DNA of 64,000 nucleotides from NCBI GenBank assembly GCA_963742735.1, contig CAVUMN010000003.1:128001-192000 (forward strand), read 5' to 3'. Positions 56,510-64,000 of this stretch are shown here, piece by piece; the stretch's first letter is position 1, and every line of letters begins with the position of its first letter. The stretch is from an uncultured Actinomycetes bacterium. Lineage in GTDB: Bacteria > Actinomycetota > UBA4738 > JBBDTT01. A model generated the notes under the pieces. It saw only the letters and a program-made list of their open reading frames with translations. It did not search any database and had not been told where the DNA came from. Both the position numbers and the translations under genes were made by a program.

Positions 56510-58557
56510 GCGCGCGTGCTCGTTCGGTGGCCGCGTGGTCTGCCCTCGGGCTGTGCATTGCATTCGCCGTCGCCGGCGCCGTCGTCGCCGCGGCGTTCAC
56601 GCCGACGCCCTTTGAGTGGTCCGGGATCGGCTTCATCATCGGGGTCATGGGGGCGCCGACGTTCGGGGCCCTGATTTTGTCCCGCGCCCCCAACCGGGTG
56701 GGGTGGCTCCTGATCGTCGTCGGGCTGGGCGGCACCCTGGCCATCGTGCTGGGGTCGATGGCCGACTCGAACGTCGAGGCCGGGTGGATGGTGTGGGTGG
56801 CCTGGGTGGCCAACTGGGTGTGGCCCTTCTCCCTGGGGAGCCTGATCCTGATCCTGCAGCTCTTCCCGGACGGACGCCCCCTGACCCCGCGGTGGCGGTG
56901 GTTGGTCGGGCTTACCCTGCTCGCGGTCGGCCTCCTGGTGATCGGAAGCGCGTTCGGCCCTGGTCGGCTGGGCGACTACGAGCGCTACACGAACCCCGTG
57001 GGCCTGGAGGCGCTCCGCGGGAGTTGGGTGTCGGCGGATGTGAACATCGGGTGGGCCCTGATCATCCCCTCGGTGCTCGGGTCGGCGGCGTCGTTGGTGG
57101 TGCGGTACCGGCGAAGCCGCGGCGAGCGGAGGCAGCAGCTCAAGTGGCTGTCCTACGCCGCGGTGCTGTTCGGCCTCGGGTGGGTGGGCGTGGTGGTCTC
57201 CTACGAGGCGTTCGGCAGCGACCTGGTCGGTCAGATCCTGTTCGCGTCCGGAATGATCGCCGTCCCGGTCGCGGTGGGGATCGCGATCCTCAAGTACCGG
57301 CTGTACGACATCGACCTCGTCATCAACAAGACGATGGTCTACGGGGCGCTCGCCGCGTTCATCACGGCGGTGTACGTCGCGATCGTGGTCGGCGTCGGCG
57401 CGTTGATCGGCAGTGGCGACGAGCCGAACCTGGCCCTGTCGATCGCGGCCACCGCCGTCGTCGCGCTCTCCTTCCAGCCCGTCCGCGAGCGCGTGCAGCG
57501 GGTCGCCAACCGGTTGGTCTACGGCGAGCGCGCCACGCCCTACCAGGTGATGGCGGGGTTCTCCGACCGTGTGGCGAACGCGATCTCAGTCGAGGACGTG
57601 CTGCCGCGGATGGCGGAGACCGCCGCCCGCGGTGTCGGCGCGGCCGCCACCCGTGTGTCGGTGTTCCTGTCCGAGGGGGATCGCCACGCGGTGTGGCCGG
57701 AGGACGCCGAGGCGTCTCACGGCTTCGATCGGACGATCACCGTGCGGGACCGTGGAGAGGCCGTGGGGGAGATCGCCCTGCGCAAGCCGGCCGGCGAGGC
57801 GTTCACATCCTCCGACGAGCGGCTGCTCGAGGACCTCGCGGCGCAGGCAGGCCTCGCCCTGCGCAACGTGCGCCTCACGGCCGAGCTCGAGCGTCGGGTC
57901 GAGGAGACCTCGGCGCTCGCCGGGGATCTGGCCGAGTCGCGTCGTCGGATCCTGTCGGCCCGGGACGAGGAGCGACGCCGCCTCGAGCGCCGCGTTCACG
58001 GTGGCCCTCAGCGCCGCCTCGCGGTCATGAACGACCGGCTGCGGGAGATCGACGAGGCCCTCGATGACCCGGCGCGCGCCACGGAGCTCCTCGAGGCCCT
58101 CGGCATGGAGACCGCCGGGACCCTGGACGTCCTCAGGGAGCTGGCCCGGGGGATCTTCCCGCCGCTGCTGTCCGACCAGGGCCTCGCGCCCGCCCTCGAG
58201 GCGCAGGCGCGGAAGCTCGATCGCGCCGTCGAGATCTCGCCGGAGCTCGTTGGCGTCCGCCTGTCGGCGGAGGCCGAGGCCGCCGCGTACTTCTGCTCCG
58301 CGCTTCTGCTCGAGGAGGCGAACCCCGCCGCGGTGCTGTCGGCTGCGCTCGAAGGAGGGTCCGTGGTCCTGTCGCTCCCCGGCGGCGTCTCCGAGGAAAC
58401 CCTCCGGCGTGTTCGCGACCGGGCGGAAGCCCTCGGGGGTTCGCTGGAGACGGGGGCGGCGGTGCAGGCCAGGATCCCGGTCGGCGATCAGCCGGAGCTG
58501 GCGGCGGCCCAGGCCTCCTCGAGCCGGTCCGGCTCGAACTCCGACTTGGGGATGTAG
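56506..58557 (+). CDS. Multi-TM GAF/HisKA_3 kinase-like protein (copy 4) with a degenerate ATPase domain
   Basis: H-box altered to ERRVHGGPQRRL; no EALQN or DDGxGF; ATGA overlap. Confidence 0.85.
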   Translation: MSARARSVAAWSALGLCIAFAVAGAVVAAAFTPTPFEWSGIGFIIGVMGAPTFGALILSRAPNRVGWLLIVVGLGGTLAIVLGSMADSNVEAGWMVWVAWVANWVWPFSLGSLILILQLFPDGRPLTPRWRWLVGLTLLAVGLLVIGSAFGPGRLGDYERYTNPVGLEALRGSWVSADVNIGWALIIPSVLGSAASLVVRYRRSRGERRQQLKWLSYAAVLFGLGWVGVVVSYEAFGSDLVGQILFASGMIAVPVAVGIAILKYRLYDIDLVINKTMVYGALAAFITAVYVAIVVGVGALIGSGDEPNLALSIAATAVVALSFQPVRERVQRVANRLVYGERATPYQVMAGFSDRVANAISVEDVLPRMAETAARGVGAAATRVSVFLSEGDRHAVWPEDAEASHGFDRTITVRDRGEAVGEIALRKPAGEAFTSSDERLLEDLAAQAGLALRNVRLTAELERRVEETSALAGDLAESRRRILSARDEERRRLERRVHGGPQRRLAVMNDRLREIDEALDDPARATELLEALGMETAGTLDVLRELARGIFPPLLSDQGLAPALEAQARKLDRAVEISPELVGVRLSAEAEAAAYFCSALLLEEANPAAVLSAALEGGSVVLSLPGGVSEETLRRVRDRAEALGGSLETGAAVQARIPVGDQPELAAAQASSSRSGSNSDLGM

Positions 58558-58862
58558 GCGGCGGCGCCGGCGGCCTCGGCCTTCGGCGCGTACTCGTCGT
58601 ACTCGTAGGTCGACAGAAGCAGGACCACGACCCGTCCGGGCGCCGCGCCCAGGATCTGCCGGGTGGCCTCAAGCCCGTCGATGCCGGGAAGGTTCACGTC
58701 CATCAGGACGAGGTCGGGGTTCAGCCGGGCCGCGGCCTCCACCGAGGCCTCCCCGGTCTCCGCCTCCCCGACGACCTCGAAGCCGTCGGTAAGCTCGACC
58801 ACGGTCCTGGCGGCCTCCCGGAAGGGGGCCTGGTCGTCCACGATGAGCACATTGATCGCCAT
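58488..58862 (-). CDS. Single-domain response regulator (receiver only)
   Basis: VLIVDDQ, LVLMDVNLPGIDG, LLST and AYIPK motifs; no output domain. Confidence 0.9.
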   Translation of the reverse strand: MAINVLIVDDQAPFREAARTVVELTDGFEVVGEAETGEASVEAAARLNPDLVLMDVNLPGIDGLEATRQILGAAPGRVVVLLLSTYEYDEYAPKAEAAGAAAYIPKSEFEPDRLEEAWAAASSG

Positions 58863-58960
58863 CCTGCGGGGAATCCTCGCCCATCCGGACCGCCCGGGCC
58901 AGGGTGCGCGCACGAGACCTCGAGGTGGTGCCCGCCCCCGGCCCCGGCTACAGTGCGGCG

Positions 58961-59050
58961 ACGGGGGAGTCCGGCGGCACCGGGCTGAGAGGCGGGTACC
59001 ACGCCCGCGACCCTTCGAACCTGATCCGGGTCATGCCGGCGGAGGGAGGC
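58961..59050 (+). ncRNA. TPP (THI-box) riboswitch
   Basis: GGGG...GGGCTGAGA...GACCCTTCGAACCTGATCCGGGTCATGCCGGCGGAGGGAG consensus; its 3' end contains the SD of the next gene; TACAGT -10 box at 58949-58954. Confidence 0.93.
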
Positions 59051-59053
59051 GCG

Positions 59054-60466
59054 ATGTCCACGGTCACCGAGCGGCTCGAGCGAGAGGCGCCGGAATGGGG
59101 CGTCCGCCCGTCCCCTCCCGAGGTCCGGCGACTGGGCGGCCGGGACTTCGCCGTCCTGTGGGGCGATCTGTCGATCGGCCTGCTGGTCGCACTCACCGGC
59201 GCGTTCCTGGTCCCCGGCCTCGGGCTGCCGACGGCGCTGCTGGCGATCGTCGTGGGCTCGGTGCTGGGCTGCGCGCTCCTGGGGGCGGTCGGCGTCGCCG
59301 GGGCCCGCGAGGGTGTTCCCGGCATGGTCCTGTTCCGTCCGCTCCTCGGCATCCGCGGCTCGTACCTGCCGACGCTGTTCAACGTGGTCCAGCTCCTGGG
59401 TTGGACGGCGTTCGAGCTGTGGGCGATGGCGGTCGTCGCCAGCCGCGTGGGAGGCGACCTTCTGGGCGTCGACTCGTACGCGTTTTGGCTGGTCGCGATC
59501 TCCGTCATCTGCCTAGCCCTGGCCCTCGGTGGGCCCGTGCTCGTGGTCCGCCGGTGGATGGAGCGGTTCGGGGCGTGGGTGGTGGCGGCCGTCGGGCTGT
59601 GGATCACGATCGGGCTGTTCATCCAGGGCGACGTCTCGGGGATCTGGTCGGCGCCGGGGGCCGGCGGCTATCCGGGCTTCTGGCAGGGCGTGGACCTGGT
59701 GATCGTCATGCCGATCTCGTGGCTGCCCCTGGTGGCGGACTACAGCCGCTTCGCGCGCCCGGGGGTCTCGAGCTTCGCCGGGACCTTCGGCGGCTACTTC
59801 GTGGGCAACGTGTGGTTCTACGCGCTCGGGGCCCTGCTGGTCCTTGCCGGCGGGCTCGACCCGCTGGCGGGGCCGGCCGGGCTGTCGGCCTCCATCGCCG
59901 CGCTGGCCGGGGGCGGGGCCGTGCTGATCGCGCTGCTGGTGGGGGAGACCGACCAGGCGTTCGCCGACATCTACTCGACGGCCGTCTCCGCGCAGAACGT
60001 GGCGCCGAAGCTCCCACAGCGCCCCACGATCGTCGTGGTCGGGCTCGTCGGATTCGGCATCGCCCTGGCCCTGGGGAACGACCCCGTGGGCGCCCTGGGC
60101 TCCTACGAGCAGTTCCTGTTCCTGCTGGGGTCGGTGTTCGTGCCGGTGTACGGCGCCTTCGTGGCCGACTACTTCTTCCTGCGACGGCGGGGGTTCGCCG
60201 AGGCCGACCTGTTTCCCGACCGAGGCGGCCGGTTCTGGTACGTGGGCGGGTTCAACTTCCGAACGATCGTGCCGTGGGTTGCCGGCTTCCTCGTCTACCA
60301 CTGGACCGGCCCATTGGCACCGGCGTGGTGGATCAACGGATTCAAGGCTGCGGTCGAGGCGGTCGGCCTGCCCTATCCGCTGTTCGACGGCGCGCTCGGG
60401 GCGAGCATCCCGGCGTTCGCCGTGGCGCTCCTCGCCACCCTGCTGCTGCGGGGACGCGGTCGATAG
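59054..60466 (+). CDS. cytX: NCS1/cytosine-permease family transporter, probable thiamine-precursor (HMP) importer CytX
   Basis: N..QL.GWT.FE, MPISWLPLVADYSRF and FADIYS motifs; lies under the TPP riboswitch. Confidence 0.85.
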   Translation: MSTVTERLEREAPEWGVRPSPPEVRRLGGRDFAVLWGDLSIGLLVALTGAFLVPGLGLPTALLAIVVGSVLGCALLGAVGVAGAREGVPGMVLFRPLLGIRGSYLPTLFNVVQLLGWTAFELWAMAVVASRVGGDLLGVDSYAFWLVAISVICLALALGGPVLVVRRWMERFGAWVVAAVGLWITIGLFIQGDVSGIWSAPGAGGYPGFWQGVDLVIVMPISWLPLVADYSRFARPGVSSFAGTFGGYFVGNVWFYALGALLVLAGGLDPLAGPAGLSASIAALAGGGAVLIALLVGETDQAFADIYSTAVSAQNVAPKLPQRPTIVVVGLVGFGIALALGNDPVGALGSYEQFLFLLGSVFVPVYGAFVADYFFLRRRGFAEADLFPDRGGRFWYVGGFNFRTIVPWVAGFLVYHWTGPLAPAWWINGFKAAVEAVGLPYPLFDGALGASIPAFAVALLATLLLRGRGR

Positions 60467-60476
60467 GCTCGGCGTC

Positions 60477-61493
60477 GTGAAGTTCGTCATCCTCGTCAAG
60501 GCCACGAAGAACACCGAGGTGGGCCTCCTGCCGACCGAGGAGCTCCTCCAGGCGCAGCTCGAGTACAACGAGTCGCTCATGCAGGCCGGCGTCTGGGTGG
60601 ACGGCAACGGCTTCCGCCCCACCCGCGACGCGTGGCGCGTGCACTACGAGCCCGACGGCGTCCGCATCGAGGAAGGGCCCTTCGACGAGGAAGGGCTCAT
60701 CGCGGGCTACCTCATCATGGAGGTGCGTTCGCGCGAGGAGGCCATGGAGTGGTCCAGGCGCATGCCCAAGCCTGCCTTCCCCCACGAGTGGGGCGTCCAC
60801 ACCGAGGTCCGGCCGTTCGTCGAGCTCGACGACTTCGTCCAGGGACCGGCCATCGCACGGTTCCGCGAGCTGGAGCTGCTCGACCGGATGGCGGCCGATG
60901 CGGGCCGCGACCGCCCGGACCTCACCGCCGCGACGGCGCCGAACGGCACGGTCACGCTGCTGTTCTCCGACATCGAGGGCTCCACGCAGCTGACCGAGGC
61001 CCTCGGCGACCGGGAGTGGATGAACCTGCTCCGTGAGCACAACGAGCTCGTTCGCGCGCAGCTCGCCGCCAACCACGGCTTCGAGGTGAAGGCGCAGGGA
61101 GACGGGTTCATGCTCGCGTTCGCCTCGGCCCGGGATGCGCTGAACTGCGCGATCGGGATCCAGAGTGCGCTCGCGAAGCGGAACGCCTCCGGCCCCGACG
61201 GCGGGCGCGTGGAACCGGAGGGCCCGAAGGGGCCCGAGCTCCGCGTCCGGATCGGCCTGCACACGGGCGAGACCATCAAGGAGGCGGACGATTTCTTCGG
61301 CAAGGCCGTCATCCTGGCGGCGCGGATCGCCGGCGAGGCCCGCGGCTCGGAGATCCTGGCGTCGTCGCTCGTTCGCGAGCTCGTCGAGCACACCGGGGAG
61401 TTCTCGTTCGAAGACCCCACCGACACGGAGCTGAAGGGCCTGTCGGGGATGTACCGCCTGTCGTCGTTGCGGTGGGCGGAACCGGTGGCCTGA
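60477..61493 (+). CDS. YciI (DGPF)-domain - class III adenylate cyclase fusion
   Basis: EGPF.E..LIAGY....V.S.EEA.EW YciI part; TLLFSDIEGST, VKAQGDGFM, IGLHTGE and DFFG.AV.LAARI cyclase part; TAGGCT -10 box 7 nt before the GTG. Confidence 0.85.
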   Translation: MKFVILVKATKNTEVGLLPTEELLQAQLEYNESLMQAGVWVDGNGFRPTRDAWRVHYEPDGVRIEEGPFDEEGLIAGYLIMEVRSREEAMEWSRRMPKPAFPHEWGVHTEVRPFVELDDFVQGPAIARFRELELLDRMAADAGRDRPDLTAATAPNGTVTLLFSDIEGSTQLTEALGDREWMNLLREHNELVRAQLAANHGFEVKAQGDGFMLAFASARDALNCAIGIQSALAKRNASGPDGGRVEPEGPKGPELRVRIGLHTGETIKEADDFFGKAVILAARIAGEARGSEILASSLVRELVEHTGEFSFEDPTDTELKGLSGMYRLSSLRWAEPVA

Positions 61494-61495
61494 GC

Positions 61496-61864
61496 TCAGC
61501 CCGTCCGCTCGGGGCCGGGCTCGCCCGTTCCGTCCCCGGCCGGCACGGCCGGCGGGGGCGCGGCCACCAGCAGCACCACGAGCGGATCGGCCGACGCGTT
61601 CGAGATCGAGAGCTCGTTCTTCGCCGGCACCAGAGCGGTTTCCCATTGCTTCAGCCGCTTGCGCCCGGCGCCCACCAGCACCACGGCCTCGCCGGCGACG
61701 ATCGTCACCATCGCGTCGGAGTCCGGGTCCGAGACGGGGCCGTGCGACTGGTTGACCTCGAAGCAGAGCACCTGCGCGAACAGGTGCTCGGTCTCGAACA
61801 CGGTCTCCTTGCGCACCGCGTCCTCGTCGAACTCGACGTAGCGCCGCAGGTCCTTCGCCTCCAC
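61496..61864 (-). CDS. Cupin-domain protein
   Basis: VLCFEVNQ...V.GEA.V.VG...LVPA...I.N cupin barrel; canonical His ligands appear to be replaced. Confidence 0.75.
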   Translation of the reverse strand: MEAKDLRRYVEFDEDAVRKETVFETEHLFAQVLCFEVNQSHGPVSDPDSDAMVTIVAGEAVVLVGAGRKRLKQWETALVPAKNELSISNASADPLVVLLVAAPPPAVPAGDGTGEPGPERTG

Positions 61865-61926
61865 GGCGCCAGAGCGTAGTGGACGGATAGACTCGGAGCT
61901 CCCCACGAGTCCACGAGGAGGCAACG

Positions 61927-63453
61927 TTGCCGACGTTCGACTTCATCACCGGCCCCGCCACCGAGCACGCCGCCGACCTGCTGATCGTCCCCGTCTACGA
62001 GGGACCCGAGGCCGGCCCCGGCGTGAAGGACGTCGAGAAGGCGCTCGGCATCTCGGTCCTGGACACGCTCAAGGACAACGGCCTGACCGGCAAGAAGCAC
62101 GAGTTCTTCTCGATCCCCGCCTACGACAAGCTCCCGGTGACGACCGTGCTGGTGGTGGGCCTCGGGCCGCGCCGCGAGGTCGACGCCGACCGGGTTCGTC
62201 GCGCCGCCGGGCACGCCGCGCGGTGGACGTCGCGGTACGCGTCGGTGGTGACCACCCTGCCGCAGGCGGCGTCGGGCAAGGCGGACGACAACGTCCACGC
62301 CTTCGTGGAGGGCCTGCTGCTCGGCTCCTACCGGTTCACCCGGTACAAGTCGTCGTCCAACGGCGACGAGCCGGCCCGGCTCGCGCGGGTGACCATTGCG
62401 GGCGGTGCCAAGCTGGACGCCAAGGCGGGGCGCAAGGCGATCGAGCGCGGGCAGGTCTACGCCGAGGCCGCGATGTGGGCCCGCGACCTGGTCAACACCC
62501 CGGCCGGCGACGCGACTCCGGACTTCCTGGCCAAGGCCGCCGCGAAGATGGCCGGCGAGGTCGGCCTGGAGTGCAAGGTGTGGACCAAGGCCGACCTGAC
62601 CAAGGGCGGGTTCGGCGGCGTGCTCGGCGTGGGCCAGGGGAGCGAGAACGATCCCCGGTTCATCGAGCTCCGGTACTCCGGCGGCGGCAAGAACGAGCGC
62701 CCGGTCGCCATCACCGGCAAGGGGATCACGTTCGACTCCGGCGGCCTGTCCATCAAGGACGCGGCGGGGATGGAGTGGATGAAGTCCGACATGGGCGGGG
62801 CGGCGGCCGCGCTGGCGGCGATGCGCGCGATCGCCGTCCTGAAGCCGCGGGTGAACGTGATCGCCGGGATCCCCTCGGCCGAGAACCTCCCGAGCGGCTC
62901 GGCCCTGCGTCCGGGCGACGTGATCACGCATAGGGGCGGCAAGACCTCGGAGGTCCTGAACACCGACGCCGAGGGCCGCCTGGTCCTGGCCGACGCGCTC
63001 GCGTGGCTCTCGGAGCAGGACCCGGTCCTGATCGTGGACGCCGCCACTCTGACCGGCGCCTGCATGATCGCTCTGGGTGAGGACATGTGGGGCGTCATGG
63101 GCAACGACCGCCGGCTGATCCGCGAGGTGCTCGACGCCGGCGAGGAGGTCGGTGAGCCCGGGTGGGAGCTTCCCCTGTGGCGCGAGTACAAGCGCCACAT
63201 CGAGTCGCCGATCGCCGACGTCAAGAACGTGGGGCAGCGCTACGGCGGCGCCATCCACGCGGCACTGTTCCTGGCCGAGTTCGTGGGCGACACCCCGTGG
63301 GCGCACATGGACGTGGCGGGGACGGCGTTCCACCAGAAGCCGGGGGACTACTGGGGCAAGGGCGGCACGGGCAACCCGGCCCGGACGTTCATCCGGTTCA
63401 TCGAGAACCGCGCGGCCAAGGCCCGGCCGCGCAAGAAGGCCGCCGCCCGGTAG
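61927..63453 (+). CDS. pepA: Leucyl aminopeptidase (M17)
   Basis: GKGITFDSGGLSIK, MKSDMGGAA, NTDAEGRLVLAD and HMDVAG motifs; GAGGAGG RBS. Confidence 0.95.
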   Translation: MPTFDFITGPATEHAADLLIVPVYEGPEAGPGVKDVEKALGISVLDTLKDNGLTGKKHEFFSIPAYDKLPVTTVLVVGLGPRREVDADRVRRAAGHAARWTSRYASVVTTLPQAASGKADDNVHAFVEGLLLGSYRFTRYKSSSNGDEPARLARVTIAGGAKLDAKAGRKAIERGQVYAEAAMWARDLVNTPAGDATPDFLAKAAAKMAGEVGLECKVWTKADLTKGGFGGVLGVGQGSENDPRFIELRYSGGGKNERPVAITGKGITFDSGGLSIKDAAGMEWMKSDMGGAAAALAAMRAIAVLKPRVNVIAGIPSAENLPSGSALRPGDVITHRGGKTSEVLNTDAEGRLVLADALAWLSEQDPVLIVDAATLTGACMIALGEDMWGVMGNDRRLIREVLDAGEEVGEPGWELPLWREYKRHIESPIADVKNVGQRYGGAIHAALFLAEFVGDTPWAHMDVAGTAFHQKPGDYWGKGGTGNPARTFIRFIENRAAKARPRKKAAAR

Positions 63454-63460
63454 GGCCCGG

Positions 63461-64000
63461 CTAGTCCTCGCGGACCGAGACGGCGAGCAGGACCTCGACC
63501 GAGTCGCCGAACCGCTCCTCGAAGCGCTCCCGGTACACGGCCGTGACGTCCTCCTGGAAGCGGGCCCACAGGGCGTCGCCGAGCAGGTCGCGCATGTACC
63601 GGGCGCCGCGGATCTCGTTGCGGTTGGCGACGAACGCGTCGCGGTCCCACTCGAACCGGTAGCCCCGCTTCTCGATCTGGATCTTGCGGAAGCCGGCGTT
63701 CCACAGGACGTCCTTGAGCCGTCCGGGGTCACCCACGATCTCCTCGGATCGCATGAGTGTGGCCTTCGCCTGGGCGAGCAGCTCGCGCCCCGCGTAGCGT
63801 TCCGCGACGTCCATCCAGGCGCGGTCGAACTCGTCGTCCGACGGCACCCACGCGGTCATCCCGAACCGCCCCCCGTTTCGCAGGACCCGGCGCATGTCGA
63901 ACAGCGCCGTGTCCAGGCGCGTGAAGTGCGACACCACGAAGTTGGCGGTCTCGACGTCGAACGTCTGGTCCCGGAAGGGGAGGTCGAGGGCCGCCGCCCC
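63461..64000 (-). CDS. Class I SAM-dependent methyltransferase, C-terminal part (starts beyond the window)
   Basis: ALDLPFRDQTFDV..ANFVVSHF...ALFDMRRVLRNGG motifs. Confidence 0.8.
   Translation of the reverse strand, partial: GAAALDLPFRDQTFDVETANFVVSHFTRLDTALFDMRRVLRNGGRFGMTAWVPSDDEFDRAWMDVAERYAGRELLAQAKATLMRSEEIVGDPGRLKDVLWNAGFRKIQIEKRGYRFEWDRDAFVANRNEIRGARYMRDLLGDALWARFQEDVTAVYRERFEERFGDSVEVLLAVSVRED

Noticed and set aside
1-64000. Numerous long antisense and alternate-frame ORFs in the track
   Set aside because: They are Arg/Pro/Gly-rich, lack motifs and overlap well-supported genes.
1-64000. CRISPR arrays, tRNA/rRNA, transposases, integrases and prophage genes
   Set aside because: I saw no regularly spaced repeats, cloverleaf or rRNA signatures, or mobile-element motifs by eye; a formal scan was not possible.

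Overview
A very GC-rich, gene-dense window, most consistent with an uncultured Actinomycetota genome (inferred from GC content, many leaderless-type promoters, DUF4177, the Cbs/MetB pair and NarL/HisKA_3 signalling). About 60 CDS are supported. They include reverse-transsulfuration genes, two tandem secreted sulfatases, a dispersed histidine-utilisation set (hutU, hutH, hutI and a HutF-like deiminase), paaA-B-C-D, an osmoprotectant ABC transporter, and a TPP riboswitch upstream of a CytX-like permease. No rRNA, tRNA, CRISPR array or mobile element was seen. The most unusual region is a signalling island at 47-59 kb. It holds four tandem, translationally coupled multi-TM/GAF/HisKA_3 sensor kinases, the last an apparent pseudokinase, flanked by a NarL regulator, a REC-HTH-adenylate cyclase fusion and a single-domain receiver. 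Other points of interest are two more unusual class III cyclase fusions (cyclase-TM-propeller-SBP5 and YciI-cyclase), a stand-alone cNMP-binding protein in front of a FOXRED2-like flavoprotein, an orphan Pol-beta-like nucleotidyltransferase, and a candidate sRNA/micropeptide at 28.1 kb. At least five or six single-base frameshifts look like assembly indels. All family assignments come from motif recognition by eye; no database searches were run.
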